Source: an uncultured Chitinophagales bacterium (GTDB taxonomy: Bacteria; Bacteroidota; Bacteroidia; Chitinophagales; JABDMM01). From it: DNA of 64,000 nt. Each line of letters opens with the position of its first letter. Positions within the stretch are counted from its first letter, which is position 1. This document shows, in pieces, positions 34,325 through 43,232 of this stretch. The notes beneath the pieces are model-generated. The model was not told the DNA's origin. It did no database searches and was given only the letters and a program-made list of their open reading frames with translations. The translations under genes and the position numbers were made by a program. The stretch lies in assembly GCA_963991145.1 (NCBI GenBank), contig CAXDOZ010000001.1, forward strand, positions 6,617 through 70,616, written 5' to 3'.

Positions 34325-35598
34325 TGTCTGATCTTTCAACCGAACAATTATCTATCTACCTCAAAGCCCAAACCTTTGAATGGCTGGTCAGCTATTCTAA
34401 TGAAACTGAATGGCAGGTAATTGTTGAAGGAGATTCAATTTCCATCGGCCTGAAAGGCCAGATCTATAAGGAGGATTTGCCAGAGAAAATACCTGACAGA
34501 AATCAAATCACCTCTCTTTTAAATTCCTTAGAATCCAATCAAAGCTTAAAGCAGGATCTTCCATTTATCTCTTTGCTGGATTTCTTTTGGCGTGAACAGT
34601 ATTTAAAGAAACCCCTTCAACTTGATGCTCATAAACGAGTTTCTAAAGATTCAATTCAACCCGAATATCTTGAAATTCTAGGCTGGCCGATCTTTGATAT
34701 TCTAATGCACTCTCTGCTGGATCAATTTGGAGTAAAGCCTCAAAGGGGAAAGACTGTTACGCTAAGCTGTGATTATGATTTCGCCAATATCTGGAATCAG
34801 CTGAACGAGTTATCTGCGGCTAAGCAATTATTGAGAATAGGCGCAGGAAAAGGTCTTAGCGCTTTTTATAAGTCATTTCAGTCAATGTCAAATGCTGAGA
34901 AAGAATTGAAATGGAATGGCTCTTTGAACAGAGAAATGTTTTCACCAGATCTGGATCTGGGAAATGAAATTGAAATAAATCGGATTGCATTCCTCCTAAT
35001 TCATCAGACCAATAAAAATTTCGATCCAAAGAATAATACTAGCAGCAATTCATATTCAAACTTCCTATCTCAACTAGCTAAAGAGGGAATTGAAGTTGGT
35101 CTTCATCCGGGATATGATACCAGATATCAGGGAGAGGAAAGTATGATTCTTCAAAAGGATATGCTCCAATCAATTTCTTCCTCAATTATTCAGAAGTTGA
35201 GATTCCATTATTTGAATGCTGATCTCCCTCATGACCTGCGTTTGTTGGAGGCTGCAGGAATTAAGGAGGATTATTCATTTGCTTTTGCAGACACCCTCCT
35301 CTTTAGATCGGGAAGGTCCACTCCCTGCAGGTACTGGGATTTTGAATTAGAAAGAATGATTGATGTCCTTTCTGTTCCTCTTACAATAATGGATACAACA
35401 TTGGTAGAATACTCAGCTGGAAATGGTAACATGAGCAGCCATTTAGAGAGAGCCTGGACCTTTGGGCAATCCATAAATATTCTGTTTCACAATCAATACT
35501 TTGACCCCTTTATCGAATACCCCAAAGCCGCCGAGGTTCAATCATTGTATTCCCAATGCATAGAACACTTACAAGCTTTAAGTTCAGGCAACATTTGA
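34324..35598 (+). CDS. Conserved hypothetical protein (candidate VimE-like/divergent sugar deacetylase; function not established)
   Basis: 424 aa, with its start overlapping the upstream stop (TAATG). There are no TM segments. Possible metal or acid-base patches are 'TLSCDYDF' and 'VGLHPGYDT'. I recognise no firm family signature. Confidence 0.45.
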   Translation: MSDLSTEQLSIYLKAQTFEWLVSYSNETEWQVIVEGDSISIGLKGQIYKEDLPEKIPDRNQITSLLNSLESNQSLKQDLPFISLLDFFWREQYLKKPLQLDAHKRVSKDSIQPEYLEILGWPIFDILMHSLLDQFGVKPQRGKTVTLSCDYDFANIWNQLNELSAAKQLLRIGAGKGLSAFYKSFQSMSNAEKELKWNGSLNREMFSPDLDLGNEIEINRIAFLLIHQTNKNFDPKNNTSSNSYSNFLSQLAKEGIEVGLHPGYDTRYQGEESMILQKDMLQSISSSIIQKLRFHYLNADLPHDLRLLEAAGIKEDYSFAFADTLLFRSGRSTPCRYWDFELERMIDVLSVPLTIMDTTLVEYSAGNGNMSSHLERAWTFGQSINILFHNQYFDPFIEYPKAAEVQSLYSQCIEHLQALSSGNI

Positions 35599-35636
35599 GG
35601 GTCAATTTTTTCTAAGTTTGCACCAAATTTGAATTG

Positions 35637-37484
35637 ATGTCGAAGAATTATACTCTTGGTATCCATATTGGACACGACTCTACGGTTTGCCTTATTGACG
35701 AACAGGGTGAAGTAATTTACGCTGTAGCTGAAGAGAGAGTAACAAGAATAAAGTATCATCTGGGTTTCCCTTATGATGGAGTCAAAGAAATGCTTAGATA
35801 CACCGGGGTTGATCCTAAGGATATCAAGTACGTTGCTGGCTCGACAAAGCGTCTGGTCTTCCACGGACAGGATGCCTATAATGACCTTCTATTTACCGAG
35901 GACAAAGACAAACTGAGATCAGTAGATTTCGGTAATCAGGCTTTGAACCCTTCTCCTGTGGGGAGAGTAATGGAAGTGATATCCGCAAATCTTGGCAATC
36001 AGAAAGCCTTAAGTCCAGAGGAATTCAAGTCAAAGAGCGAAGCATTGACTTTAGAGATGATGAGCGATGCTTTGAAGAAAGTTGGACTTGGCCATGCCGA
36101 GATAAAGACCTTTGATCATCACCTTTGCCATGCTGCAAGTGCATATTACTGCTCTGGCCAGGGTGATGCCCTGATCATTACTATGGATGGAGCAGGAGAT
36201 GGTCTCTGTGCTTCAGCAAATGTGATCAAAGACGGCAAGGTTACAAGGATCTCTGGCGCAAGCGCCGATGTCTCACCTGGTCGATTGTACTCTGAAGTAA
36301 CAGGCTTTGTTGGATTCAAAAGACTGCGTCACGAAGGAAAGATCACCGGTTTGGCAGCTTACGGAGATCCGGATAGATTTTATGCTGATTTCAAGAAGTT
36401 CCTTCGCTTTAATCCCGAGACTGAGCAATTTGATTTTGATATACCTAAGCGCTCCGCCCTTGCATCAAAATGGAAAACTCTGAACAGAGTTGTTGCAGGA
36501 ATTCAAACTGGCCGTCCACATATTGCTGAATTCTCAGATCACCTTTCAAAAATTGCAGATCCAAAAGATGATATGCAGGATTTGGCAGCTGCAGCTCAAA
36601 GGGTGCTGGAAGAAATTTCAGTCGAATACGTAAAGCATTTCCTACAAAAATCTACCAGTAAGAAAGTACTTCTCGCTGGAGGTGTTTTTGCCAATGTCCG
36701 GGTTAACCAATTGATAGCTGAGATTCCCGGAGTTGAATTCGTCTACATCCATCAGAACATGGGTGATGGAGGATTGGCTTTAGGTGCAGCTATGCTTGAT
36801 TACTATGAAGAGAATGGTCGACCTTATAATGGATACCAACCATTAAATGTATACTTCGGTAGCGCATACACAGATGATGAAATTGAAAAAGACATCATCG
36901 AATCAGGCATCCCTTATGAGAAGTTTGACAATGTAGAGAAGAAGATCGCTGAACTGATCCACGATGGAAAGGTAATCGGACGATTCAATGGCGGAATGGA
37001 ATACGGTCCAAGAGCTCTTGGGAACAGAACCATTATGGCCCGCACTACGGATAGAAGCATCAATGACTGGCTGAACAAGCAGCTGAACAGAACTGAATTC
37101 ATGCCTTTCGCTCCAAGTGTTTACGGTCCGGAAGCAGGCAATATACTTGTTGATTACGATCGCAAGGTGGCCAACTTTGCTGATCGCTTTATGACCATTA
37201 CTTATCACGTAATTCCTGAGTGGAGAGATAAATTGCAGGCAGTAACTCACGTAGATGGAACTGCTCGTCCGCAAGTGGTTTGGGAAGAAGGGAATCCTTC
37301 TTACTACAAGATCCTGGAGGAGTATTTCAAATTGAGTGGAATACCTGCAGTGATCAACACCAGCTTTAATATGCACGAAGAGCCAATCGTTCGTACTCCT
37401 GCAGAAGGTATCAAGTCTTATAATCAGGGTTGTCTTGATTACTTAGCTATTGGTAGCTTTATAGTAGGCCAGCCAAGATCCTAA
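35637..37484 (+). CDS. NodU/CmcH-family carbamoyltransferase
   Basis: About 615 aa with 'YTLGIHIGHDSTVCLIDEQGEVIYAVAEERVTRIKY', 'DHHLCHAASAYY', 'ITMDGAGDG' and the C-terminal 'THVDGTARPQVV', 'VINTSFNMHEEPIV'. The track start TTG 35634 is immediately followed by ATG 35637. Confidence 0.9.
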   Translation: MSKNYTLGIHIGHDSTVCLIDEQGEVIYAVAEERVTRIKYHLGFPYDGVKEMLRYTGVDPKDIKYVAGSTKRLVFHGQDAYNDLLFTEDKDKLRSVDFGNQALNPSPVGRVMEVISANLGNQKALSPEEFKSKSEALTLEMMSDALKKVGLGHAEIKTFDHHLCHAASAYYCSGQGDALIITMDGAGDGLCASANVIKDGKVTRISGASADVSPGRLYSEVTGFVGFKRLRHEGKITGLAAYGDPDRFYADFKKFLRFNPETEQFDFDIPKRSALASKWKTLNRVVAGIQTGRPHIAEFSDHLSKIADPKDDMQDLAAAAQRVLEEISVEYVKHFLQKSTSKKVLLAGGVFANVRVNQLIAEIPGVEFVYIHQNMGDGGLALGAAMLDYYEENGRPYNGYQPLNVYFGSAYTDDEIEKDIIESGIPYEKFDNVEKKIAELIHDGKVIGRFNGGMEYGPRALGNRTIMARTTDRSINDWLNKQLNRTEFMPFAPSVYGPEAGNILVDYDRKVANFADRFMTITYHVIPEWRDKLQAVTHVDGTARPQVVWEEGNPSYYKILEEYFKLSGIPAVINTSFNMHEEPIVRTPAEGIKSYNQGCLDYLAIGSFIVGQPRS

Positions 37485-38029
37485 TGCTTAAGCAGCTTAA
37501 AGAGATTTACTACGAGAATGAGGTTTACAGATTTCTGATTAACCTGATTTTCCTTGTAGGACTTTATGAGCTGGCTATCTACATCTTTTCAATTATTCCC
37601 GGATTCTACTACTGGGATCTATTCCATCTGAAAGTAATTTACAACGGAGTTGATATTGCAGAATGGGTGCTTTCATTAATGGGATACGAGCTGGGCGAAT
37701 TTGACAATCAGCAGTATTTCCAAATTATTGGAGGTAGTGTTCTAAAGGCTGGTAAGCCTTGTTCAGGAGTAAACCTGATGGCTTATTATACCATCATCAT
37801 TCTTGCTTACCCAGGTACTATTAAGAGCAAGATGATCTTCATTCCTGTTGGTATTCTCCTGATCCATTTGGTCAATGTTGGTCGCTATGTAGCACTGGCA
37901 TTATCCGACCTGTACACCAAAGAGTATTTCGAATTACATCATCATGTTATCTTCAAAGCAGTAGCCTACATACTGATATTTATTTTCTGGCTGGTGTATG
38001 TAAAGGTGAACTCAAGAGCGAAAAGTTAA
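37484..38029 (+). CDS. Exosortase/archaeosortase-family polytopic membrane protein (short, XrtF-like)
   Basis: 181 aa with ~5 TM segments. It carries an ordered candidate Cys-Arg-His triad: 'GKPCSGVNLM', 'HLVNVGRYVAL', 'ELHHHVIFK'. The size matches the short Bacteroidota exosortase class. TAATG overlap with the carbamoyltransferase stop. Confidence 0.6.
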   Translation: MLKQLKEIYYENEVYRFLINLIFLVGLYELAIYIFSIIPGFYYWDLFHLKVIYNGVDIAEWVLSLMGYELGEFDNQQYFQIIGGSVLKAGKPCSGVNLMAYYTIIILAYPGTIKSKMIFIPVGILLIHLVNVGRYVALALSDLYTKEYFELHHHVIFKAVAYILIFIFWLVYVKVNSRAKS

Positions 38030-38039
38030 GCTCAGGAAA

Positions 38040-39332
38040 ATGGAACCGGTTTTAATTCTATCCTACTTCTATCCTCCATGCAATCTAACTGCATCACAGC
38101 GCACAGATGCATGGGTGAGGTACTTTCCTGAATTTGGCCTTGAGCCGATTTTAATTACCCGCAACTGGGACATCCCGATAAAGAACCAGTACGATATTAA
38201 TCTCCCTACAGGAGAGAAAGAAAGGGTCGAGAAGCTTGATATTGGTGAAGTTCATTACCTGCCATTCAAGGGAAACTTAAGAGACAGGATTCAGGCCAAG
38301 CACGGTCCGGATAGCAAGAAACTCATTCGAAGACTTTTGACGATGTGGGAGCTTTTTGCCCAGAATTATACAAATTCAGCTATCCCGTATAACAACATGC
38401 TGGATAAAGCTCGCGAGATCTTAAAGGCTAGACCAGAGATCAAAAAGCTCATCGTGAGCACGAATCCTTATCAGCAATTTGCCTTCGCCTATCAACTTAA
38501 GAAAGAGTTTCCGAGACTTGAGTGGTATGCTGATTACCGAGATGATTGGACAACAAGAGAACTTAATGCCCAATCGGGAACGCTATTTAAGATCATTCGA
38601 TCCATTGAAGCTAAAAGTGAAAAGAAGTGGTTATCAAACTCCACTGGGATCATTTCGGTTACAGAGGTCCTAACGGACCGAATTTCCAGGTTTCTCAATA
38701 AGCCGGGATTCACTGCCCTCAATGGTTTTTTTGAAGAAGACTTCACTGAACTGAGTAGTCAGAACAAGTCTGATTCTTTTGTTTTCAACTATACCGGTTA
38801 TCTCTACAATGATCAACCTGTAGAGCAGGTGACAGAGGCTTTTAAGAAATTGATTGAAAAGTATAGTGGAATGATAGATATCGTATTTCGCTTTCTCGGA
38901 ACTGCCTATCACCCTCCATCAAAAGAGCGTATACTTTTAGCGGCAAACGGTATCGAATCCAATATGGATGTAACGGAGAGGATCTCGCGCCAGGAGTGTC
39001 TTCAATTCGAAGCTGATGCAGATGCATTTATCATGATGCCATACATCGGGCATAAGGGAATACCCGGCTCCAAGCTCTATCAATATTTGGGGCACAATAA
39101 ACCGATCATTCTTTATCCTTCCGATGATGATATCATTGAAAGAACAATTAAAGACGCTAATTCCGGCTTTGTTTGTCGCAGTGAAGAGGAGTTCATTGAG
39201 CAGTGCTCAAGACTCATTGACCATAAGATCGAGAGCGGAAGCAATTTAAAACTGGACTCTCATCCCGAGCTCTATTCGCGCCGTTATTCTACGAAGCAAA
39301 TAGCTGAGCTACTCAAGGGTTCAAATAGCTGA
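38040..39332 (+). CDS. GT-B-fold glycosyltransferase (GT4-like; VimF-like candidate)
   Basis: 430 aa. The N-terminus 'VLILSYFYPPCNLTASQRTDAWVRYFPEFGLEPILITRN' is typical of GT4-like EPS transferases. The C-terminal region has 'ADAFIMMPYIGHKGIPGSKLYQYLGHNKPII'. Confidence 0.65.
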   Translation: MEPVLILSYFYPPCNLTASQRTDAWVRYFPEFGLEPILITRNWDIPIKNQYDINLPTGEKERVEKLDIGEVHYLPFKGNLRDRIQAKHGPDSKKLIRRLLTMWELFAQNYTNSAIPYNNMLDKAREILKARPEIKKLIVSTNPYQQFAFAYQLKKEFPRLEWYADYRDDWTTRELNAQSGTLFKIIRSIEAKSEKKWLSNSTGIISVTEVLTDRISRFLNKPGFTALNGFFEEDFTELSSQNKSDSFVFNYTGYLYNDQPVEQVTEAFKKLIEKYSGMIDIVFRFLGTAYHPPSKERILLAANGIESNMDVTERISRQECLQFEADADAFIMMPYIGHKGIPGSKLYQYLGHNKPIILYPSDDDIIERTIKDANSGFVCRSEEEFIEQCSRLIDHKIESGSNLKLDSHPELYSRRYSTKQIAELLKGSNS

Positions 39333-39345
39333 ATATATTTGCAGG

Positions 39346-40440
39346 ATGAAACGCATCCTTACTTGCGTTGGAACTCGCCCCAACCTCATTAAGATCTCTA
39401 AGCTTCAAAGCTGTATTTCCAATTACGATAATCTAGAGCATAAGCTTCTGCATACCGGTCAGCACTTTGATCATCAAATGAATGAGATCTTCTTTAAACA
39501 GCTTGGGATGAAGGAGCCTGATGTCTTTCTGAATATTCAGGGCTCCGGGCAAATTCAGGTGATCGCAGAGATCATGAAGGCTTTTGAGAAGGAGCTTCTG
39601 GAGATCAAACCTGATCTGGTATTGGTGCCAGGAGATGTGAATAGTTCTCTTGCCTGTGCACTCGTTGCCCAGCGACATGGAATTCCGGTTGGGCACATTG
39701 AGAGCGGATTGCGCTCAGGTGATATGACTATGCCCGAAGAGGTAAACAGGATCTTGATCGATGAGCTGAGTTCGATCTTTTTCATCACAGAGAAATCAGG
39801 TCAGGAAAATCTGGAGAAGCTTGGGAAAGATAAGAGCAGTCTTGTCTTCACGGGAAATACAATGATTGACAGCCTTGAATTAAGTAAGGAAATGATTGCT
39901 CAGTCATCTGTATTGGATGAACTGAAGCTAAAGCCTAAAGAATATGCTTTGGTGACTTTTCACCGTCCGCAGAATGTAGATAGACCTGAGGATCTTCAAA
40001 AGGTCATCGACATTCTCAAAATGGCTGCAAACAAGATCCATGTTGTCTTTCCAATGCACCCAAGAACGAGAAAGAACCTGGAGCAATTCGGCATGCAGGC
40101 AGAGCTGGACCACCCCAACATAACCACAGTTGGACCGCTCGGTTACATTGATTTTATGTCTTTGATCCAGAATTCAAGACTTGTACTTACTGATTCAGGA
40201 GGTGTTCAGGAAGAGACTACCTATCTGGAAGTTCCATGTTTGACCGTGCGTCCAAACACTGAAAGACCTATCACCATTGAGCTTGGAACCAATACTTTGG
40301 TAAATCTGGATGTCGATAGAATAAGCTCATTGATTGACGATATCATCCAAGGATCTTATAAGTCGGGAAGCATTCCTCCAATGTGGGATGGGAATGCCAC
40401 TGAACGTATGGTAAAAGCCATAAATGATTTCCTTTCCTAA
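39346..40440 (+). CDS. UDP-N-acetylglucosamine-type 2-epimerase (WecB/WbpI family)
   Basis: 364 aa with 'ILTCVGTRPNLIKISKL', 'HIESGLRSGDMTMPEEVNRILID' and 'LTDSGGVQEETTYLEVPCLTVRPNTERP'. Confidence 0.9.
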   Translation: MKRILTCVGTRPNLIKISKLQSCISNYDNLEHKLLHTGQHFDHQMNEIFFKQLGMKEPDVFLNIQGSGQIQVIAEIMKAFEKELLEIKPDLVLVPGDVNSSLACALVAQRHGIPVGHIESGLRSGDMTMPEEVNRILIDELSSIFFITEKSGQENLEKLGKDKSSLVFTGNTMIDSLELSKEMIAQSSVLDELKLKPKEYALVTFHRPQNVDRPEDLQKVIDILKMAANKIHVVFPMHPRTRKNLEQFGMQAELDHPNITTVGPLGYIDFMSLIQNSRLVLTDSGGVQEETTYLEVPCLTVRPNTERPITIELGTNTLVNLDVDRISSLIDDIIQGSYKSGSIPPMWDGNATERMVKAINDFLS

Positions 40441-40522
40441 GCGAATTTATCCTCGCTATTTGCCTATCTTGCGTACCTTGAAATTTCAATGTTTATAAGC
40501 CTTTCGCAAGTCTAAAGCGCCT

Positions 40523-41656
40523 ATGAAACCAATTAGAATGGTCGATCTTGAAGGACAATATCTCAAGATCAAAGAGGAGATCGATTCAGCGATCCAGGAA
40601 GTAATAGATTCCACAATTTATATTGGAGGAGAACAAGTGAAATCATTTGGCCAGGAACTGGCCGATTACTGTAATGTTCCTCATGTAATTCCATGCGCGA
40701 ATGGTACGGATGCCCTTCAAATTGCAATGATGGCTCTTGACCTTCAGCCGGGTGATGAGGTGATCCTTCCGGTTTGGACCTATGTTGCCACAGCAGAGGT
40801 CATTGCTTTATTAAGACTTAAGCCTGTCTTTGTCGATGTTGAGCCTGATTACTTCAATATTGATCCAAATAAGATCGAGGAGCTGATCACCGATCGTACC
40901 AGATGCATCGTACCCGTTCACCTTTACGGTCAGTGCGCTGATATGGAGCCGATACTAAGAATTGCTCAAAAGCATCAGTTGTATGTGATTGAGGATACCG
41001 CTCAGGCAATTGGAGCTGATTACACCTTTTCAGATGGTGACACCATGAAAGCCGGCACCATGAGCCAGGTAGGAACAACATCATTCTTCCCTTCGAAGAA
41101 TCTTGGTTGCTATGGCGACGGCGGGGCCATGATCGTTCCGGATGATGGACTTGCTGCTCAGATCAGGATTGTAGCAAACCACGGTCAAACAAGAAGATAT
41201 TATCACGATTTCATTGGTGTGAATAGCAGACTAGATGCCATTCAAGCCGCAGTTCTAAGACAGAAACTTCCTCATTTGGATGAGTATGCAGCTGCCAGGA
41301 ATAAAGTAGCAAGCTCTTATGATGAAGCATTCGCTGATATCGATAGATTGATTACTCCAAAGAGAGATCCTAAATCAACCCACGTATTCCATCAATACAC
41401 GATGAAAACAAGTGGCATCGATAGAAATCATATGCAAAGTTGGTTGGCTGAGAAGGAAGTTCCTTCGATGATCTACTACCCGGTTCCACTTCATAAGCAG
41501 AAAGCCTATGAAATGTACAATACTGATGGTAGAGACTTTGAGGTGTCGAACGACCTGGCCGATAGAGTGATCAGCTTGCCGGTTCACACCGAAATGCAGG
41601 ATGATCAATTAGCTCACATTATTGATTGCGTGCAGGAGTACTTTAAAACTCATTAA
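40523..41656 (+). CDS. wbpE: UDP-2-acetamido-2-deoxy-3-oxo-glucuronate aminotransferase (WbpE-like, DegT family)
   Basis: 377 aa with '[36 protein letters not shown]', '[16 protein letters not shown]' and '[18 protein letters not shown]'. Confidence 0.85.
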   Translation: MKPIRMVDLEGQYLKIKEEIDSAIQEVIDSTIYIGGEQVKSFGQELADYCNVPHVIPCANGTDALQIAMMALDLQPGDEVILPVWTYVATAEVIALLRLKPVFVDVEPDYFNIDPNKIEELITDRTRCIVPVHLYGQCADMEPILRIAQKHQLYVIEDTAQAIGADYTFSDGDTMKAGTMSQVGTTSFFPSKNLGCYGDGGAMIVPDDGLAAQIRIVANHGQTRRYYHDFIGVNSRLDAIQAAVLRQKLPHLDEYAAARNKVASSYDEAFADIDRLITPKRDPKSTHVFHQYTMKTSGIDRNHMQSWLAEKEVPSMIYYPVPLHKQKAYEMYNTDGRDFEVSNDLADRVISLPVHTEMQDDQLAHIIDCVQEYFKTH

Positions 41657-41657
41657 T

Positions 41658-42245
41658 ATGTCTCAAGACTTTTTCGCCCACGAAACAGCAGTAATTGACG
41701 AAGGATCCGAGATCGGCGCAGGAACGAAGATCTGGCACTTTAGTCATGTAATGCCTAATTGTAAGATCGGTGAGAAGTGCAATATTGGTCAGAATGTAGT
41801 TATCTCACCTGAAGTGATTCTTGGCAAGAATGTGAAAGTCCAGAACAACGTATCCATCTACACCGGAGTGATTTGTGAAGACGATGTTTTCTTAGGCCCA
41901 AGCATGGTATTTACCAATATTGTCAATCCAAGATCCGGAGTTGTTCGAAGAGGTCAATACACCAAAACAGTAGTGAAGCACGGAGCCAGTATCGGAGCGA
42001 ATGCGACCATAGTTTGTGGACATGATATTGGAAAATTTGCATTTATCGGAGCTGGAGCGGTAGTTACAAAAGAGGTACCTGCCTACGCTTTGGTAGTTGG
42101 AAATCCCGCGAAGCAAATTGGATGGATGAGCGAATTCGGCCATCGTCTGGACTTTGATGAAAATAACATAGCCGTATGCGAGGAAAGCAATGAACGGTAT
42201 ATCTTGGAAAATAATACAGTAAGGAAACTGCCTGCTGAAAATTAA
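41658..42245 (+). CDS. wbpD: UDP-2-acetamido-3-amino-2,3-dideoxy-glucuronate N-acetyltransferase (WbpD-like, hexapeptide)
   Basis: '[43 protein letters not shown]' and '[16 protein letters not shown]'. The track start 41622 overlaps wbpE. ATG 41658 lies 1 nt after the wbpE stop. Confidence 0.85.
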   Translation: MSQDFFAHETAVIDEGSEIGAGTKIWHFSHVMPNCKIGEKCNIGQNVVISPEVILGKNVKVQNNVSIYTGVICEDDVFLGPSMVFTNIVNPRSGVVRRGQYTKTVVKHGASIGANATIVCGHDIGKFAFIGAGAVVTKEVPAYALVVGNPAKQIGWMSEFGHRLDFDENNIAVCEESNERYILENNTVRKLPAEN

Positions 42246-42249
42246 AGAG

Positions 42250-43230
42250 ATGAAGAATTTCGTACTGATTGGAGCTGCCGGGTATATCGCCCCAAGACAT
42301 TATAAAGCAATCAAGGAAACTGATAATAAACTTCTGGCCGCGCTAGATCGCACAGATAGCGTAGGTATCATTGATAGCTTTTTCCCTAAGGCTGATTTCT
42401 TTGTAGAGTTTGAGCGATTCGATCGCCATGTTGAGAAACTAAGGAGAAACGGTACTCATATCGATTACACTACTGTATGTACACCTAATTATCTCCACGA
42501 TGCGCACATTCGATTTGGACTGCGAAACAAATCTGACGTGATCTGCGAGAAGCCACTTGTGCTTAATCCATGGAATATCGATGCCCTGAAAGATATCGAG
42601 GAGGAGACTGGCCAGAAAGTCTACAATATCCTTCAACTGAGACTTCATGAAAGCATCATTGCCCTTAAAAAGAAGGTAGACGAAGGTCCAAAGGATAAGA
42701 TCTATGATGTTGACCTTACCTACATTACCTCCCGAGGACATTGGTACTACACTTCCTGGAAGGGCGATCTAAAAAAATCTGGCGGTATCGCCACAAATAT
42801 TGGCGTTCACTTCTACGATATGCTGGGTTACATTTTTGGAGACCTGAAAGAGAATATCGTTCATGTTCACACGCATGATCGCGCTGCGGGTTATCTCGAG
42901 TTTGAAAGAGCTCGCGTAAGGTGGTTCCTGAGCATTAATGCTGATACTCTTCCTCAGGAAGTTAAAGATGAAGGGCTAACCACTTTCAGAAGTCTAACAA
43001 TGGAAGGAGAAGAAGTAGAATTCTCAAAAGGCTTCACAGATCTTCATACCAGAAGTTATGAAGCGATCTTAAATGGAAATGGCTATGGACTGGATGAGGC
43101 TTATCCTTCAATCAATATTGTGCATGGAATTCGCCATGCTGAGCCAGTGGGACTCAAGGGAGAATATCACCCCTTTGCTGCTTTAGCGACGGAAAAACAT
43201 CCTTTTTCCATTAAGCCGAAATCTAATTAG
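42250..43230 (+). CDS. wbpB: UDP-N-acetylglucosaminuronate 3-dehydrogenase (WbpB-like, Gfo/Idh/MocA)
   Basis: 326 aa. 'MKNFVLIGAAGYIAPRHYKAIKETDNKLLAALDRTDSVGIIDS', 'CTPNYLH' and 'VICEKPLVLNP..YNILQLRLH' closely parallel P. aeruginosa WbpB as I recall it. Confidence 0.88.
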   Translation: MKNFVLIGAAGYIAPRHYKAIKETDNKLLAALDRTDSVGIIDSFFPKADFFVEFERFDRHVEKLRRNGTHIDYTTVCTPNYLHDAHIRFGLRNKSDVICEKPLVLNPWNIDALKDIEEETGQKVYNILQLRLHESIIALKKKVDEGPKDKIYDVDLTYITSRGHWYYTSWKGDLKKSGGIATNIGVHFYDMLGYIFGDLKENIVHVHTHDRAAGYLEFERARVRWFLSINADTLPQEVKDEGLTTFRSLTMEGEEVEFSKGFTDLHTRSYEAILNGNGYGLDEAYPSINIVHGIRHAEPVGLKGEYHPFAALATEKHPFSIKPKSN

Positions 43231-43232
43231 AG

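Noticed and set aside
36903-37376. 157-aa minus-strand ORF inside the carbamoyltransferase gene. Similar antisense ORFs occur at 811-1152, 2518-2847, 8402-8704, 29130-29426, 29460-29804, 48575-48925, 60869-61255 and 63267-63638.
   Set aside because: All lie entirely within well-supported genes on the opposite strand. Their sequences are low-complexity or unfamiliar with no recognisable motifs. I treat them as shadow ORFs.
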